Positions 1 through 14,300 of a stretch of DNA of 64,000 bases are shown here, piece by piece. Source of the stretch: Eukaryota sp. TZLM1-RC. Taxonomy: Eukaryota > Protista > Metamonada: BaSk clade. The stretch lies in assembly GCA_040285825.1 (NCBI GenBank), contig JAUPSS010000009.1, forward strand, positions 884,808 to 948,807. The letters run 5' to 3'. The notes under the pieces are model-generated. The model searched no databases and had not been told where the DNA came from. It was given only the letters and a program-made list of their open reading frames with translations. A program made the position numbers and the translations under genes. Positions within the stretch are counted from its first letter, which is position 1. Every line of letters begins with the position of its first letter.

Positions 1-870
1 TTGTGTAACCATTCTTTATGCCTTTTTACATTGAAACGAGTGATCTAAGCCTAGGTCTCCATAACCGCACAAAGTACATATCACAAATTGTTCTCATTGA
101 AGCAAGCTCAGATTTATTAGGTATTTAAAGCAATCATCTGAGAACGTGAAATTTTGAGAAATAGGCAAAACTTTCAAGAATCAAGATGATTGACTGTCAC
201 AATTTGAAATAAATTGTAGTCGTCAAATTTTGATAGTTTTTCCTTCAAAAAACTCAATTTTTCCTTAAAAAAATAAATGCGTGACTTGACGTTGGCAAAT
301 TTTAATTCGTTTGTCCCAAATCAAAGTCAAAACCAGCAAAAAAAGGTGATAAAGCTGATAGTAAAACCCTATACTGATCTCTTGGAATTAAATTTGTTAA
401 ATCAAGATCACGTACAGCCAAGTATACAGAAATTGAATAGCAAATATGTGCAACTTGGCCCAGATGGAGAAACCCTAATCCTCCCAAAGAATGAGGCAAA
501 TAAATTAAATTAAAACTATTTGATTCTTCCAATCCTATGAAGTTGAAATAAGCAACAAATTCTGAAACCCAAAGATAAAAACCCATTATGGTGGATTCAG
601 AAGGTTGAGGAAACACAACAAAAGAATACTTCGAAGGAGAACACCCTAGACGAGCGATCACAAACTAAACAAAAACAGTGTGTATCATGGAGTTGGATCA
701 CAGATCTGAAATAATGAAGGACTTAAAATCATATGAGACTGAGTTTAAGCTAAACTCCAATTGAACCCATCTAGACAAAATTATCGACGAAAATTAAAAA
801 AAAACAGATAACAATTGAGAAATATCAGGAAATCCTAGAGTGTTAGGACAACAATAGTAAACTTTGCTAG
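1..870 (-). mobile_element. Degenerate fragment of an H-like RT/RLE non-LTR retrotransposon
   Basis: ORF 302-661 (YLPHSLGGLGFLHLGQVAHICYSISVY) aligns with family H (FIPLESGGLGFQDLSVVANIAYSCSLY). Positions ~22-76 read CTLCGYGDLGLDHSFQCK, against CPRCGYTNLGLDHSFQCK in H. Right boundary approximate. Confidence 0.75.
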
Positions 871-899
871 GATTTTCTGCCAATGGTAAATAATCAAGC

Positions 900-2719
900 T
901 TGGTCTTGGGAACAGTAGCTGTTCTAAGTGAGATAACCAAACCTAAAGAAACAACTCCGTGAAGGTCAGGAGCAAACAGGTTGGAAACGATCGTATTGAA
1001 AGCAAGTCTTTTTTGTTGCTTTCACTTGAATTCTGACAATACCAATAACATTTGCAGCACTTTTGCTATTTATAAGACATTGAACAAAACTATTGGGATC
1101 TGTTTCTTCAAGAACGGATTAATGGATCATTGGTAAAATTGCATTTATACCAGGATTGTTGACGGGCATAAGAAGTAGAGTACGTTCCTTAAAGGCTGAC
1201 CACAATCGAGAATAAAACACAGCATAGTCCTCAAATACACCTTTTTCTGTCAAAACCTCTAACTGGGTGGCTGATAAACGCCATTGGTTGAAGGGAAATT
1301 CAACTTGTGATTGGACATCACAATAAGACGGCATAGAAGGTTTAATGCAAGTCCCAAGTTGTCGGAATTCAAATACCCCAACCTCCCGCATTTTGCAATT
1401 GAGAAACGACTCGAGGGATGTTAAAGTAAGAAAAGGAACACCTGACGCAATGTTGTGAGATTTTTTGCAATGTTGAAGATGAAACAGCAACATGAGGCAA
1501 GCAAATGACTCCATCAACAAACCAAGAGAGCTGGCACTGATGGGAACAGGTAGGAATGACATCAAAACGTTCTTGGCAGCTCTGTTGAATTGTTCCTGAT
1601 CTTCAAGATAAGACCATAGAAAGCTCATAACAAGAGGATCTTTTAGTGGACGACACTTGTAAAGAAAAGGAAGTGACTGAGCAACATTCTCAGGTAAGTT
1701 CACCCCCTCAAGTACATGAAAGCCATTTTCAACAACTTCACAAATATTATTGTGAGAAACCAAACCAAAATTGGCAACAAGAGTAAAAAAACTCCAGTGG
1801 ATGCTCCTAATTTGAAAGATTTCATAGCGTTATCTACTTTACCCCGAATGGCCGGTAAAAAATTCAAAAATCTGTTAGCTGCAGCATAAGCTGTCCAAAC
1901 AGGACGAATAGTTGTACAATCTGATATAGTGAGAAGAGGGTCTATGGGTGTATCAGGTGAATGACGTTCAGAGTACAGGGAGGGATCCAAGGCAGTAAAA
2001 ACAGTCATAAAATGTGATATTGTGTTAGCCTTGAAAATTGGTCCAAGTAAATACAAAGGAGGCTTTGGAGGACGATAAGACGAAACATTGATAGTATCCG
2101 AAACAAATCCTTTAAGCGACATATGAGTGCCAGATACTAAAGCCATAACTGGTTTTAAAGTAGCTAGATTACGAATAGCATATCGCAGGCAACGATATAA
2201 ATTCCATTGAGGACCAAGTTGAATGTGTGAAGTAAAGGAAGAACTGAACAATAAAGTTCCAACTTCATCAAGACATACCACATACTTATCCATTGGCAAG
2301 TCTTGAATAAGAGATTCTACAAACTGAGCATGATCCTGGTTGTCAAAAGGTTGCTTGCACGATTTCACAAAGGAAAGAAACCTGGAAGATGTACTAGAAA
2401 TAATGCTCTTTAAATACTTCATCCAACCATCTGCAGTGTTTAATAAAACAGTGTCCAGTGGAGATTCTTGCAAGATTTCAACAATAAGCCACTCAAAATA
2501 AATGACCACAACAGCAATACGTTGTTCTAGGCTATAAGATTTATCTAAAGGAATAAAATCCTGAAAAATATCCGATAATTTCACAGTGGGTGGCCAAGTG
2601 TAACAGACATTTTCAGAGTTGTTTCTATTTTTTTCTATTCTAGAAAATGAGAAATATGATATTCCAGTGTTGGGATAATCAAAAGTCTTCACACATTCCA
2701 ACATTAAGCGCGTTTTCAC
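900..2719 (-). pseudogene. Disrupted Crinkler-related NTPase plus restriction-like nuclease gene
   Basis: Walker-B-like VVCLDEVG followed by LYRCLRYAIR..LVSGT. The C-terminal MPVNNPGINAILP and, after a stop, GIVRIQVKS resemble the PD-(D/E)xK-type tail of Crinkler-related proteins. Frameshift near 1700-1763, stop at 1119. Confidence 0.5.
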
Positions 2720-2729
2720 GCGTTTTCAC

Positions 2730-3255
2730 ACCTTTCGCACAACTTTTAGTTTTCCAAATTTCTTCATTCCAAATTTTTTTTGAAACATTTTTTGTTTTTT
2801 CTTACAAAATATTTCCAGAAGGATGAAATATTCCAAACTAGTGATATGAATGTTGGTGAATTTGTGTCAGATTGGATTGCAGTGTCGAATGAATATTGAC
2901 TCGATTGCCCATTGTTAAACTTGTATCTCGTGAATAATGTTGTTAACTGATTAATTTTGAATTCAGCATTTCCATTGAAAAAGGAATTGTACTGACGGGA
3001 CTAATTTCTACTGGAATCTGAATGGGAGGTTTAACAGTGTCAGAGGAACAGTGTCAGTTCGTGAGGAGAACATCCCTGGGAATAGGGAAAACATACAGGA
3101 TTTTTTATCTCTGTTGGGACTTCTGAGGAATTACCCGCATTAATTACTGTTGAGGGTGCCCTTGAAGTCAAGTGGTAGTTAAACATTGGAGGTACGCTTT
3201 ATTTCAGGAAACGGGTACGAAGCTAGGCGAGAAAGAAAGAAGGAGGAAAAATAGA
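2730..3255 (-). mobile_element. 5'-proximal fragment of an A-related non-LTR element
   Basis: 2750-2835 (ttccaaattttttttgaaacattttttg...aaatatttccagaaggatgaaatattcca) closely matches family A at ~44480-44550 and ~56875-56945. Ends approximate. Confidence 0.45.
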
Positions 3256-5363
3256 ATTCTTCCTTTAAGAATATACTCACTAGTGAACCTAATAACACCA
3301 ATAATCTATTAATCTATAAATAGCAGCTGTTCTGCTAACAATTCTACCTAGATTAAATGGATTTGTCCTTTCATCAATGTTTGGTTGATTTAAAGTGTAG
3401 CTATTTGAAACCTGAGCAAATCATTTTCTCAGAATGGTAATCACGGTGTGAACAAGGTTTGACATTTATTTAGAACGTGCTTGTCCTTCTTGTTGTGATC
3501 TCTCTTGCACTACAGAAACCCAATCACAAAACACTTTGAAATGATGAGGAAAAAACTGACCCTTCCATAACAACAACTCGAACTGATGCTGGAACGTCTC
3601 TATTTTGTTCAGGTACATCAATCGTAAAACTCGAGCATGGTCAGATGGATTAATGAAAGCTGAATTTGATGTATTTTGGCCTCGAACACGTGTTCTCAAG
3701 GTTTTTATACCACATGTGGTTCTTCATATTCTCATTTAAATCCATCGAGCTCTGACAGGTGAGTCAACCATTTCAACAGTCTGGTAAAGTCAGCAGAAAC
3801 GAGACGTAAATGAGTATTGTAAGAGTTGACTATGTATTCTGATTATTTCCATCATCCAAAAATGAGAGTGTAAGGAAAAGAAAACGGCAAACTACGACAA
3901 GAGGAATAGATGAGTTGTTTACCCAAGTACTCTCCTCAATAGCAGGAAAATAACGAAGATACTTATCTGAAAGAAAATTTCGAGTTACATTAGTAGCCTT
4001 TCTGGGTAAATACAGAGGTACCTTTCTTTTTTTTTCTTTTTTTCTTTTTTTTCAGGGAGGGAAATTAAAAGAGAATGAAGGTGTTGGTTGAAGCAGTGTT
4101 AGTTTAACAAATTCAATGCTCTCAGTATATTTTGGAAAAGCGTGGCGAATTTGGGTTAATGTGTATATATCCAGGTGGTGTAAAAGACCTTCCCGTTGTC
4201 ACTCTGTGCTAACTACACTGCGTAAAACACCGATGGCTTCCGAATGCTGACATGATTTAAAGAGGAACATAAGATGATCAGCAAGTGCTGGAAAATGATG
4301 TTCAATAAGTGTCTCAGGAACCTCGTCAATGAGCACCCGTGTTGCTATATGACGACAGTAATTGGGCGTGAATTAGCAAAATCAGTATCATAAAGTGATT
4401 TTCTCTCTTATGGGACCAGTGTCATTGAATCAAAAAGGTCATTGATGATGCCACAGCAATTGTTGATTTCATTCGAGGAAACGTCGAGATGGAAGCATCA
4501 TTTGAAAAATCGTCATCCGTGACACTATTACGTCCAGCTAGTAGGCGTTTCTATACTAGTTATATCTTGTTGCAAAGCATAAACACCATATCGGAGAAGA
4601 TCAAGATGCTTATTGCTGCCTCTGCCACATAAAACGTTGTCAACGAAGGAGGTTCAAGAGTTCAAAAAGTATTTCAGAGAGTAAATTTAATCATTCATAA
4701 TATACAATATGACTTGTGGTAGCGATTAAGCTCTTTAACAAACTACCTGAAGCCTTTGATTTCGGTACTGAAAGTAACAGACACTAACCAATTGCTTATC
4801 TCAAAGATGTACAAAGAGATGTGTCACGAGCTGACAGATTTTTATCTTATCAGTGATTGTAGTTTTTTAGCAGACTTAGAAATAGTTTCAACAGTTGGAA
4901 GCCTCAATCACAGAATATCCTTGGCATGTTCACTCCTATTTTATTTTGCTTCCTTTTTTTGAGGCCCTGAATTTTAGGCACAGTGTGAACAAGCAGCTGA
5001 TTACACTATTGGTACCTTTAGAACTGTGGTGAGGATTGTTGTTTGTCCAGACATTGCAATAAAAGTGTACAGTGAATGGCATAGTTTTTGCATAAGAAAA
5101 GGTCACTACTGTCAAAAATCTACATGGAAAAGAGCACCCAACATAAGAAATTGATTTTGTGTAGGTTTAGTGTACACACTATATGTAAAAAGATAGATTA
5201 TTTTTCTAGTTATAATACTGACAATTCTTGCTTGTTTAGGTTCAAGGTCAAAGGGGATAAAAGGAATGTTTTAACTGAAATCTAAAATTGAAAAAATAAT
5301 AATAGCTCTTCCTCTGTGCATTTCACTTCCAATTCCCCACCTATTTCTCCGCTCTTCTTTTGA

Positions 5364-6270
5364 ATGGACTATCCTCCAGACGCTTATTTTTATGATGACT
5401 TTATGGAATCCAATCCTCATTTTGGTGAATCGCCGATAGAGTCACCAATAAATCAAGTACCTACGTTACCATCACCCACGTTGTCTTTAACTCAGTTGCC
5501 TGAAGCCAAGGAATTACTGACTGGTCTTGAGTACCGACTGTATAAAAAAGGCAAGAAATTCATAGAACCTGCTGGCCCGCAAACGCTCTACTACACCACA
5601 ATTCCAACAGCAGATGAAATCAGGGACTTACTCATCAATAACTGGAAAGACACAGCCGTGAAGAAAACTCTAGCCGTTCATCCTACTTGGACGCCAGTTG
5701 TACTCTTGAAGCGAGTGAATGCAAAGAATTGGAAGCCCCTTTCGGACACATCTTTGAACACTTGGCTTGAGGAGACAGATCTTTCTTCAATTTTTTATCT
5801 TTTCCAACTAAGGTATGACTTTGATGCAGGACAATATGATGCGTGGCTACAACAAAAAGAACATGTAGAACGTGTTGAAGTTGATGGAACCTCTCTCCAA
5901 GCATCCTTTGAGAACTCCCTCAAAGCAGATACCAAGTACTGGGATATCTGGGCAGCCGCCATCTCAAAAGGTGTTGCAGATTTGAACGAGCCTCCTGCAA
6001 CAATCGCTAAATACTATTCTCACAAACGCCGCTTTGAGCTGACAGCGACAGACTCCCTTTATCGAGATCTAACTTCTTGCTTCCGTGCGTCTCGAAAAAA
6101 TTGACCACCAATGTTCGGAATATCGCCGAACTTTGATGACCAGATCTTTTGCAGAGCAGGAAGAGTTTCTCCTGAACAATTTCGGCACAAACCGTGATCC
6201 AGTGGTAGTGACTCCACCAGTGAAACGCAAATTGTTACAAACTTTAGACATTTTTCATGCCAATATCTAA
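5364..6270 (+). CDS. Hypothetical protein, ~300 aa if a frameshift near 6095 is corrected
   Basis: 246-aa ATG ORF overlapping a 61-aa ORF at an A6 run, with AATAAA downstream. No family recognised. Confidence 0.5.
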
Positions 6271-6760
6271 AAATCAATAAATAAACTATTTATTATATTG
6301 TCTATTGTTTTCAAATGATTGTTGTAAAAATTCAGCCCTTGATCCTGTCAAATAAGGCGACCAATAGTACTGTCCATCACGATAACCTGCAATTTTTTAA
6401 GTTGAAGTAAATTGACATCAGAAAAAAAATGATCGGTGTTAAACGGCATGGATTTTGAGAAGTGGGAATGGAAATGGCAATTCACCAATTTTGCAAAATA
6501 CTGCTCGAAATGCATATTTCACATTTTCCTCACACTCTCACAATCAAATGTCATCTGATAACATAACCCCTGATTCATCTGTAGGTCGACAGCTTGACTT
6601 TTCATCTGTTGTTTCCAGTAATACAATCAGTCTAGTTGCTCCACCAGGAGGTGCCAGCAGTAGTTGCTCTGTTGGTGTTCTTTTCTGCTTATCAGGACGT
6701 AGAAATAACAAGTTAGACATCGACAGCCTTACACTTGATTACAAAAATCTAACTGATATG

Positions 6761-8816
6761 GGGAAAACACCAAAATCCACACATACCACAATTTTTAGTC
6801 AAAATCCACAAACATTTCTCAAAGTAATTTTCATAATCCACATCATCCAGAACCTTTGATGAAAATCCACATATGACGTGACCCAAATCATTTCAAGTTG
6901 GTTGATCAAAATCATCTTTATTGAACATCTCTATTCAACTGCTTCTTATGATACAATAAACTATTGATTAGGACGACCTCTTTCGTTATGGTTTACTTCT
7001 CCGCATAAACCACACTTATAAATGCGTTTCTGAGCTGGCTTTAATGAAGTTTGAGATCTTCTGGGCTTATTTCCTGATTTTCTCTCACTTGTATTCCTCA
7101 TACGAACTTTCTTGGGTCTGCCCACTCTCGGCTTGGCAATTGGAGGTCCGCATACATTTACTTCCGGTGCTCTTTCATCAGATTCTACGTTACTCCTCAG
7201 CGTAACATCATCAACAGATAATATTCTCCCCTCGTAGGCACGTAAATACCATAAAGAAGAGTGCTGTGGTGCACAGTATTCAATTCCTCTTGAACCATTC
7301 CTTGTCAAAAACATCAGCAAGTGAGCACATGGTATTCCTTCTTTCCCATTACAGCAACTACAACTCTTTTCCCCAATATCAACGTTGAAAACTCTACCAC
7401 TGTCTATGTCCTCAAACTTATCGTCATCAACTTCGATAGATTTTAACTCACGCAACAACATCAACCTCTCCTCAGGAATCTTAACAGCTCTTGGAACTAA
7501 AGCAAATTCAATCATTGCCCTGGCTTCTTTTTGTCTTGATACAAACCATTTTCCAAGCATTACTCTGATGCTATCAAACATTTGAACAATAGGTTGTTCT
7601 CTGGCTTCGTTTGATAGCAGCATTGAGTGATTCCCTGACGTTACTGGTGGTATGTCCCCACCTGTTTCCAAGAAACATACACTCGACCCAATGCTGAGGA
7701 TCTGCCGTCTTCTCGATATTATCCGCTGCCGTCTGTGAGACAATCTCTGTTTCTTTTAGAATATCGTTGTAGTCATTGAGATTTTTTGCTTTTGCTAGTC
7801 GGAAAATAAAGCCTAGCTTTTTTTGATCCTTTACCTGTTGCATTATCAGCAAGATGTTTTACACAGAATGCATGAGGACATACAAGAAATACAGCCTCCA
7901 CTGCATTGATCAGACCTTTTTGCCGATCGGAAATGACTGAAGTATCTGAGATAACAAATATGTTGCAAAGATGATCTAGACACCACAACCAAGTTGGTGT
8001 ATTTTCAGTATCAACAACTCCAAACGCTAGAGGGAATGTCTGTCCATTTGCGCCAATTATTGCAGCTACCAAAATTGTTCCAAGATACTGATTTTGATGA
8101 AACAGCCGTCCGATTCGATCACAGGTTTACAATATTGCTGACCAGTGATGGATGCTGAAAACGCCAAAAAAACAACGACTAAAGCGATCATCTTCACCTG
8201 CTTCAACAAAAGCCACAGTTCCTAGCATTTTCTGTTTCAAACGTTCGAAGTAACGAGGTAGTAGGCTGAAGGAATTTTCCTTGTCTCCATATAACAACAT
8301 TTGTGCTTCTTTTACCACTCTAGAACATGCGTTATGATTGATTGACATGTCAGACATCCTTTGCATTCTAGTTGGAGATACTGGTTCACAACGTCTGAAA
8401 TTCTCTTTCAAGATATGAGCAACAATTTTTGCAGGAACGTGATTGGTTGATTGTGCTTGACAAGGTGTGTTGTGCTCCACTAACTTCGTAACAACCCAAA
8501 CATCGCAATCAAGAGGAAACGTAGCAATAAAACGAAAGGGACACTTCTCATCATAACACCTGATTTCCTAGCGGGTCTTGTTGTTAGAGGAGAACATTTT
8601 GTTGATTTCAATATTATTTTGATACAGAGTTGTTATTATTTTGTCACGAGATTCGAAAGCGTCGTTCACTGAGATGGATATAGGTTCAGCAGCTTTAAGG
8701 TTATTAAAACTAAGAGCAATAGTCATTTTTGTGGTTTTTGATGAAAAAGATGGGAATAATGTTGTTGTGGATTTTGATGGAAATTGATTTAATCATGTGG
8801 ATTTTGATGTTTTTCC
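6761..8816 (-). mobile_element. MULE/Mutator DNA transposon, defective
   Basis: Imperfect ~55-bp TIRs (gggaaaacaccaaaatccaca / tgtggattttgatgtttttcc) with repeated AAAATCCAC motifs. Degenerate 9-bp TSD: actgatatg (6752-6760) and aatgatata (8817-8825). Confidence 0.8.
6961..8726 (-). pseudogene. MuDR-type transposase with SWIM and zinc-knuckle domains, frameshifted
   Basis: RYEIRC..CPF N-terminal domain; FPLAFGVVDTENTPTWLW; VISDRQKGLINAV; CVKHL; SWIM CSCC..GIPCAH; GRPKKVR..YKCGLCGEVNH. Confidence 0.88.
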
Positions 8817-8949
8817 AATGATATATCCCCAATTGCGTTACAGTCCATCTTTCTTTCAGCTTATAAAGTTGTTATCAAACAACAAGACTCTTTGACTCAT
8901 CCAAGAGCCCGTCCCCAATTTATGTTTGAATACGGACGGGGATGGGATT

Positions 8950-9838
8950 GTTCTAAGGTCTCAAGTGAAACCATAGCAAATTGGATAACCTCCTGTAATG
9001 ATAGTGAAGTTAACAAGCGCAGGAGGAAGAATATAATAATCTACACCTGTCTTTCTCATTCCATGAATGATATTTTCGTGATCATGTATGTTACATCCAT
9101 CCAATACTACACAACTTCTTCGACCACCTGACGCATAGAAGACATTATGATGAGAAATGATATAAATTGAGAACGGTCAAAATGGCCTCCTTGAATATGT
9201 GAAAACATATCTTTGACGTCGATATCGGCCACACATGCCGATATTTGTTCTTGTAGAACAGAGGAGAAACTTAGTTTTGTTTGTACTCCTTTAGGAGACC
9301 ACACATTATGTCTGCTAAAGTGTTCGGTACGAAAGCTGATTTCATCAATAAAGAGGAGTCGTTGAGTCTGAGTTGGTCCAATTGCTAGACCAATTCTGTT
9401 TTGAAAAGCCAATATTAGCTGCCCTCTGGCCTTTCTAACCAAAAGCTGACAACGTTTCCAGGAATATCCTGCCTGAACGAGAAACCGATGAATTGTTGAG
9501 ACACTAACATCTTTGTTTCGTTCTCAACGTAAAAGTACAACCATTTCTCTGAGGTATTAATCAGGCTTATGTTCAAGAGTACTGATGATGAATTTTCGAT
9601 CACTTCCATTCAGTATTGCGATGGTCTTCAAGTAACGATCTTTCGGACAAAAGGCTTGCCGTATCCATCTTGATAAAGTAGACTGATTGACGGCATAAAG
9701 AGAAGCTACTTCAACTTGTGATTTTTCCAACCAAAGATTCGTCCAAACAGCACCCACCTTGGTGTCTTCGCTTGCGTGATGAGTCAGTTGAAGCAGATTT
9801 ATGTTGGGGTCGCACAGTAAGTCAAAGGTTAAGGGCAT
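8950..9838 (-). pseudogene. Tc1/mariner (IS630-like) DDE transposase, fragmented
   Basis: HTH-like EVASLYAVNQSTLSRW; catalytic-type motifs LLFIDEISF and, after a frameshift, VVLDGCNIH..YILPP. Confidence 0.7.
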
Positions 9839-10635
9839 AAGGGATAACAGGCTGTGAGGAAACTTTCACTGTGAGGAAAAGGAAAAATTTTTACGCATGC
9901 ACAATTAAAAATCTCACAGCTCCATATCAAAAAAAGTTGATACTTTTACAATGATTTAGAAATTTCAACGTCCCTTCAGATTATTTTGCACGTGAAAAAA
10001 TAAAACTTTCTTGTATATAAAATTAGTCTTTTTCAAATAGCCCAAAAACAGCAGATATTATGAACACTTCTTGGTTATTGACCCATTGTAATTATTCCTC
10101 ATCGCTCAGTTGTTTCAGGTCTTCAGCCTCTTTTTTCCATCTCATTTAACTTTTAGTTATTTTATAATAATAATATTATTTGGCATTTCATTTGTTGATT
10201 TCGTTTCAATATCAATGGCAAGAACAGACCTTAGAGATTTAGCAGCTTTCAGTTCAGCAAAACTGTTTATCTTTATCATGCTTTGTTTTATATTTTTGCC
10301 TTTTTGTGTTTTTTGTTTTTCCTACTGCCTGTGGGCTTTTTCGGCTGAATCTCAATTTGCTGGGTCTTTACATCAAATTGAGGTATAACTGTGGTATTTG
10401 AAATAACATCATCGATTGTATTTTGTAGCAATAATTCCTCAGCTGACTATAAAGCTTTTTATCTCATATGAAGATTAAGTTTAAGTCGTTTCTGTCTTGC
10501 AGATAGATTTGACAGTGAACTTTTAACGAACTGCTTGAATATTACCTTTTGTTCTGTATCAATAGGGGCAGAAGTTGAATCAACGCTAGGTGAATGACTA
10601 CTTTTATGCATAGTTTTGGGTTTTCTAGTAGCCCT

Positions 10636-11330
10636 TCAGGTAATTTTTCCCCTTTTTTCTATCAGAGAACAAGGTTCTTGTCTTACAATTTTTGAAGGAG
10701 GGGTTGATTTAGCTGTTGACTTTCTTTTTCTGGGCTGACTATCTAGTCTTGTTCCAGACTGTAGGTACTGCTCAAAATTTGCGGTTCTAGCTTCTTTGAT
10801 TTCCCCATCAGTGCAAAGTTGAATATCTAAAATTTCTAAATTCATTCTAAATTCAGCCACGTTTAATCCAGATCCATATAATAAATCTATAAAATTCACC
10901 AAATCTAAGTGGTGGTCATTTGATTTATACACCTGCTTGGCCATAGCATCGCACCAACATACAAACACTCCACAATCATATCCATTGGTTTGTCGTGGTA
11001 TATCATTTAAAGTGACAATTGGTGCCAAGTCACCAAACTGATAAACCATCAATTTTGCAACTTCAAATTTAAGTGATTTAGTCAAAGAATCTTAATAATA
11101 AAAATATCTTGTATTTTTAAAGTTTTCAAAGATTAATGGACTCCAACGTGAACTACCATTTCCTATATAATCATTGAGACAAATAAAACTTATTTTATTT
11201 TCAAATAAATTTAAATGCCGAGATGCCAACTCGACGTTATTGAAAAAATCAACAATGGTTGCAGGATGAATGAAATCTATGTGTGAAGATTTCAAAGTGG
11301 AATGATAATTGGAAAAAGTCGCGTCATGTA
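10636..11330 (-). pseudogene. Ulp1/SENP-family (C48) cysteine protease, frameshifted
   Basis: FICLND..GSSRWS (His position appears to be Arg), YY-DSL, PRQTNGYDCGVFVC. Confidence 0.75.
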
Positions 11331-14300
11331 ACCATCTGTGGGTAGTGGGGGTGGGGTTGGTGGGGTTGGTGGAAGTTGTGGTGGTGTAACAACATTGGCA
11401 ACATTGGAAGAGAGGTAACCACGATAAGGGATTGACGAAGCATTGGAAGAGATCAAAGAAGATTAGCTTGACTACTCATGACATTCCACATCCATTTAAC
11501 CACATGTAACACTGAGACGTCACTCCGTTAACTTAAATGCAAGGAGCAAAATGTCATTATACAGCAAATAAACCAGATCAATCAAAATTAAAGTTCTTGT
11601 AATTATGAGTTTTCAAATTCTGTTAACTACTGCTATCGCTTTACTTTACTGTATAACAGCTTTAATACATTGATTGTCCATTTAGAAGACATTTAAAAAT
11701 CAATATTAGTCAGTTCAAAAAAAATATAAAATATGAAACCTCAATTTATATTATTTTGTATGGTTTGGATATAGTAAATATCGATATTCATTTAATAATT
11801 TAAAGATCAGTAATTTTGAAAAAAAGGAGGAATAAGCGTTGACTTTTCTAAGCTCAAGAAGAATAAGTACAAAACTAATTTTATCTTACTTAGGTAATTC
11901 ATCTTTATTTTATCTCTACAACACAAGGCAACAGTAACAGTTTTGGCATCATTTGCACAGTGTTCATCTTTTAAGTTTAAGCGTATTACAAGCAAGTATC
12001 ACAAGTCATCACGCAGTAGCCTTTTTTGACTTGTTGTATACCTCATAGTTTAATTTTTAGCGATTTATAGAAACAATTATTACGCATTCATTTAGAACAT
12101 TATTTGTAGATCAACTGGAAAAATACTGATTTATTACACTCAATCATAGAAACTATTAAAATGCTTGGCGATATAAAATTCGATAATTAATCTCAATCAC
12201 CCAGTGGAAATGTAATCACAAATAGGAATGTCGAAGAGCTTGTGGTACTCTTCATGCTTCTCTGATTGAGTGATTTGGAAAATAACTTTCAATAGATATT
12301 TGTATTCTCTGTGGCACAGTGATACAATTTTGAGCGTATCGCAAATTGACCATTTGAAATTAGAGAACGATTGCCATGGTCACATGAAGTTGTAGACAGG
12401 TTAAACGTTTTGTTGTGTGAATAGAATTTTTCAGTGTAATCAAACTGGCCACAACACATGGACATGTACTTGAAAAACGATCCACCGCACCTGATGCAAT
12501 TGAAATTCTCATCGAACAGTAGATACATGCAATTTTGTAAACATTACTCTGAAGAAGAGCAAAACTTATCAGGATTGTTATGTGTGGCAGAATAAGATAG
12601 CTGTCTCTCTATTTGATTGATTAGATCACCAACAACAACAGTTTTTTTGCAATAGAATTCATCAATATAAACCCTTGTTGTTGTTGCTGATAAACTAGGT
12701 TAAAACAATTCAAGGTTTCACGTGATGATGTGGCCCTTGTTCCAGAACAATTATTTTCATTAATAAATGCTCTTTTTTGACTTTTTTTTGGAATTTCTGC
12801 CTGATGGAATCACCTTGGGTTATGACCTTTGCCAAATAAATGCTGTTCAATTTTACATACTTTGTCTATTGTCTTATGTATTTAGATTGTTTCTGACTTA
12901 CATTACTACTAGTCTTTAACTCTTTGAAGTAAATTAATTACATTTTTAGAGATACTACTCAATTTTTGGATTGTTTTGTGAAAAATTAATAAAAAATAAA
13001 TTTTAAAATATTGACGTGGAAAATGGAATTAAATCAAAACAGCAAGTCTTGTTCGATTATACTCTATTTGTGTTATAACAGTACGAATAACATCTTATTT
13101 AAAAATATATTATTATTAAAAATAACATTCAAAAATCTTATTTGAGAGACTCTACATTTTTTGTACTGACTATTTTCAACATAAAATTCACACATTTTGG
13201 TTAATTAATTTGTTTGTGTTTAGAAAATGTTTGAAGATTTTCATCAAGAAAAAAAGAAATCTATACCTTTTAGCTGAAATAACTCGTTGATAATGATTCT
13301 GTCTTGTGAATGCGACCATGACGCTTTTGCAATCTTTGTGACTATTTGATAATTGTCGCTTTGGTAACTGAATATTGTAAATTTAAGCACAAAAGTATTC
13401 TTCAAATTGGAGGACAATAAGAAATAAAAAAATGATTGGAGGACATGTTTTGGTGTAATGTGTAATACTTTGTTAACATTGTAATGTTAACAGTTCAAAA
13501 GATGAGTAAACAAAAGAGTGTGAATTTTTCCGTGTGAACATTGATATTATTATAGAATAAGCTGACTTTTCAATTTTACGTTTTGTTGACAATTTATCTG
13601 AGTCCTTTATCCATCAACAATAGAAGGGTAATTACCATGTGTTTAGCTGTTTGGTCTTCTGAACAAATTAAAGGTGCTCCTTTATTATATACATGGTGTA
13701 ATTCATATATGCATTTTTACTGCAACAAAGATTCAAATTACGAATAAAAGAAGCTCAACAGTAGGTAGAATTTCAGCTACTGTTTTGCAAATTTTCAGCA
13801 AAACACTGTGGCTCATCATGGAAATGTGATTACACTATTGTCTAGTTGTGACTGTTATTGTTAGCAATAGTTCAGTTCGACAACATTTAGTTAAATATTA
13901 AATCTCCAAAATAATCCAATACTAAGTTTATCAACAATAATAATTGTGTTTCAACCATACCTGGGTATGGCGTCATGACAATCAGCACTTCTGTCACAGT
14001 GTTGTGACAAATTGAATCTTTTGTACATAACATACTCGCTAAATCAATATACCACCTTTATTCATCAACTTCTTCGTGTCCTCAACTTTGAACAAAACAC
14101 CCACTGAGGGCTTCAAACTGCACTGCCTTCAAAATAGTACACATCTGGCAGGAAGCCTTGTATTTGAGCGCAACTACTGCAATAGTTGTGGAGATTTTTG
14201 TCGCTGTGGAGGTGGGCATAAAACATTGTGTTTGATTTATTATGATTTACCTAAAACAACAAAAATTAATAAAAAAATATACAATAGCATTATTTAAGCA

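Noticed and set aside
3300-5300. Possible decayed gene on the minus strand
   Set aside because: Only short broken frames with no motif I can assign.
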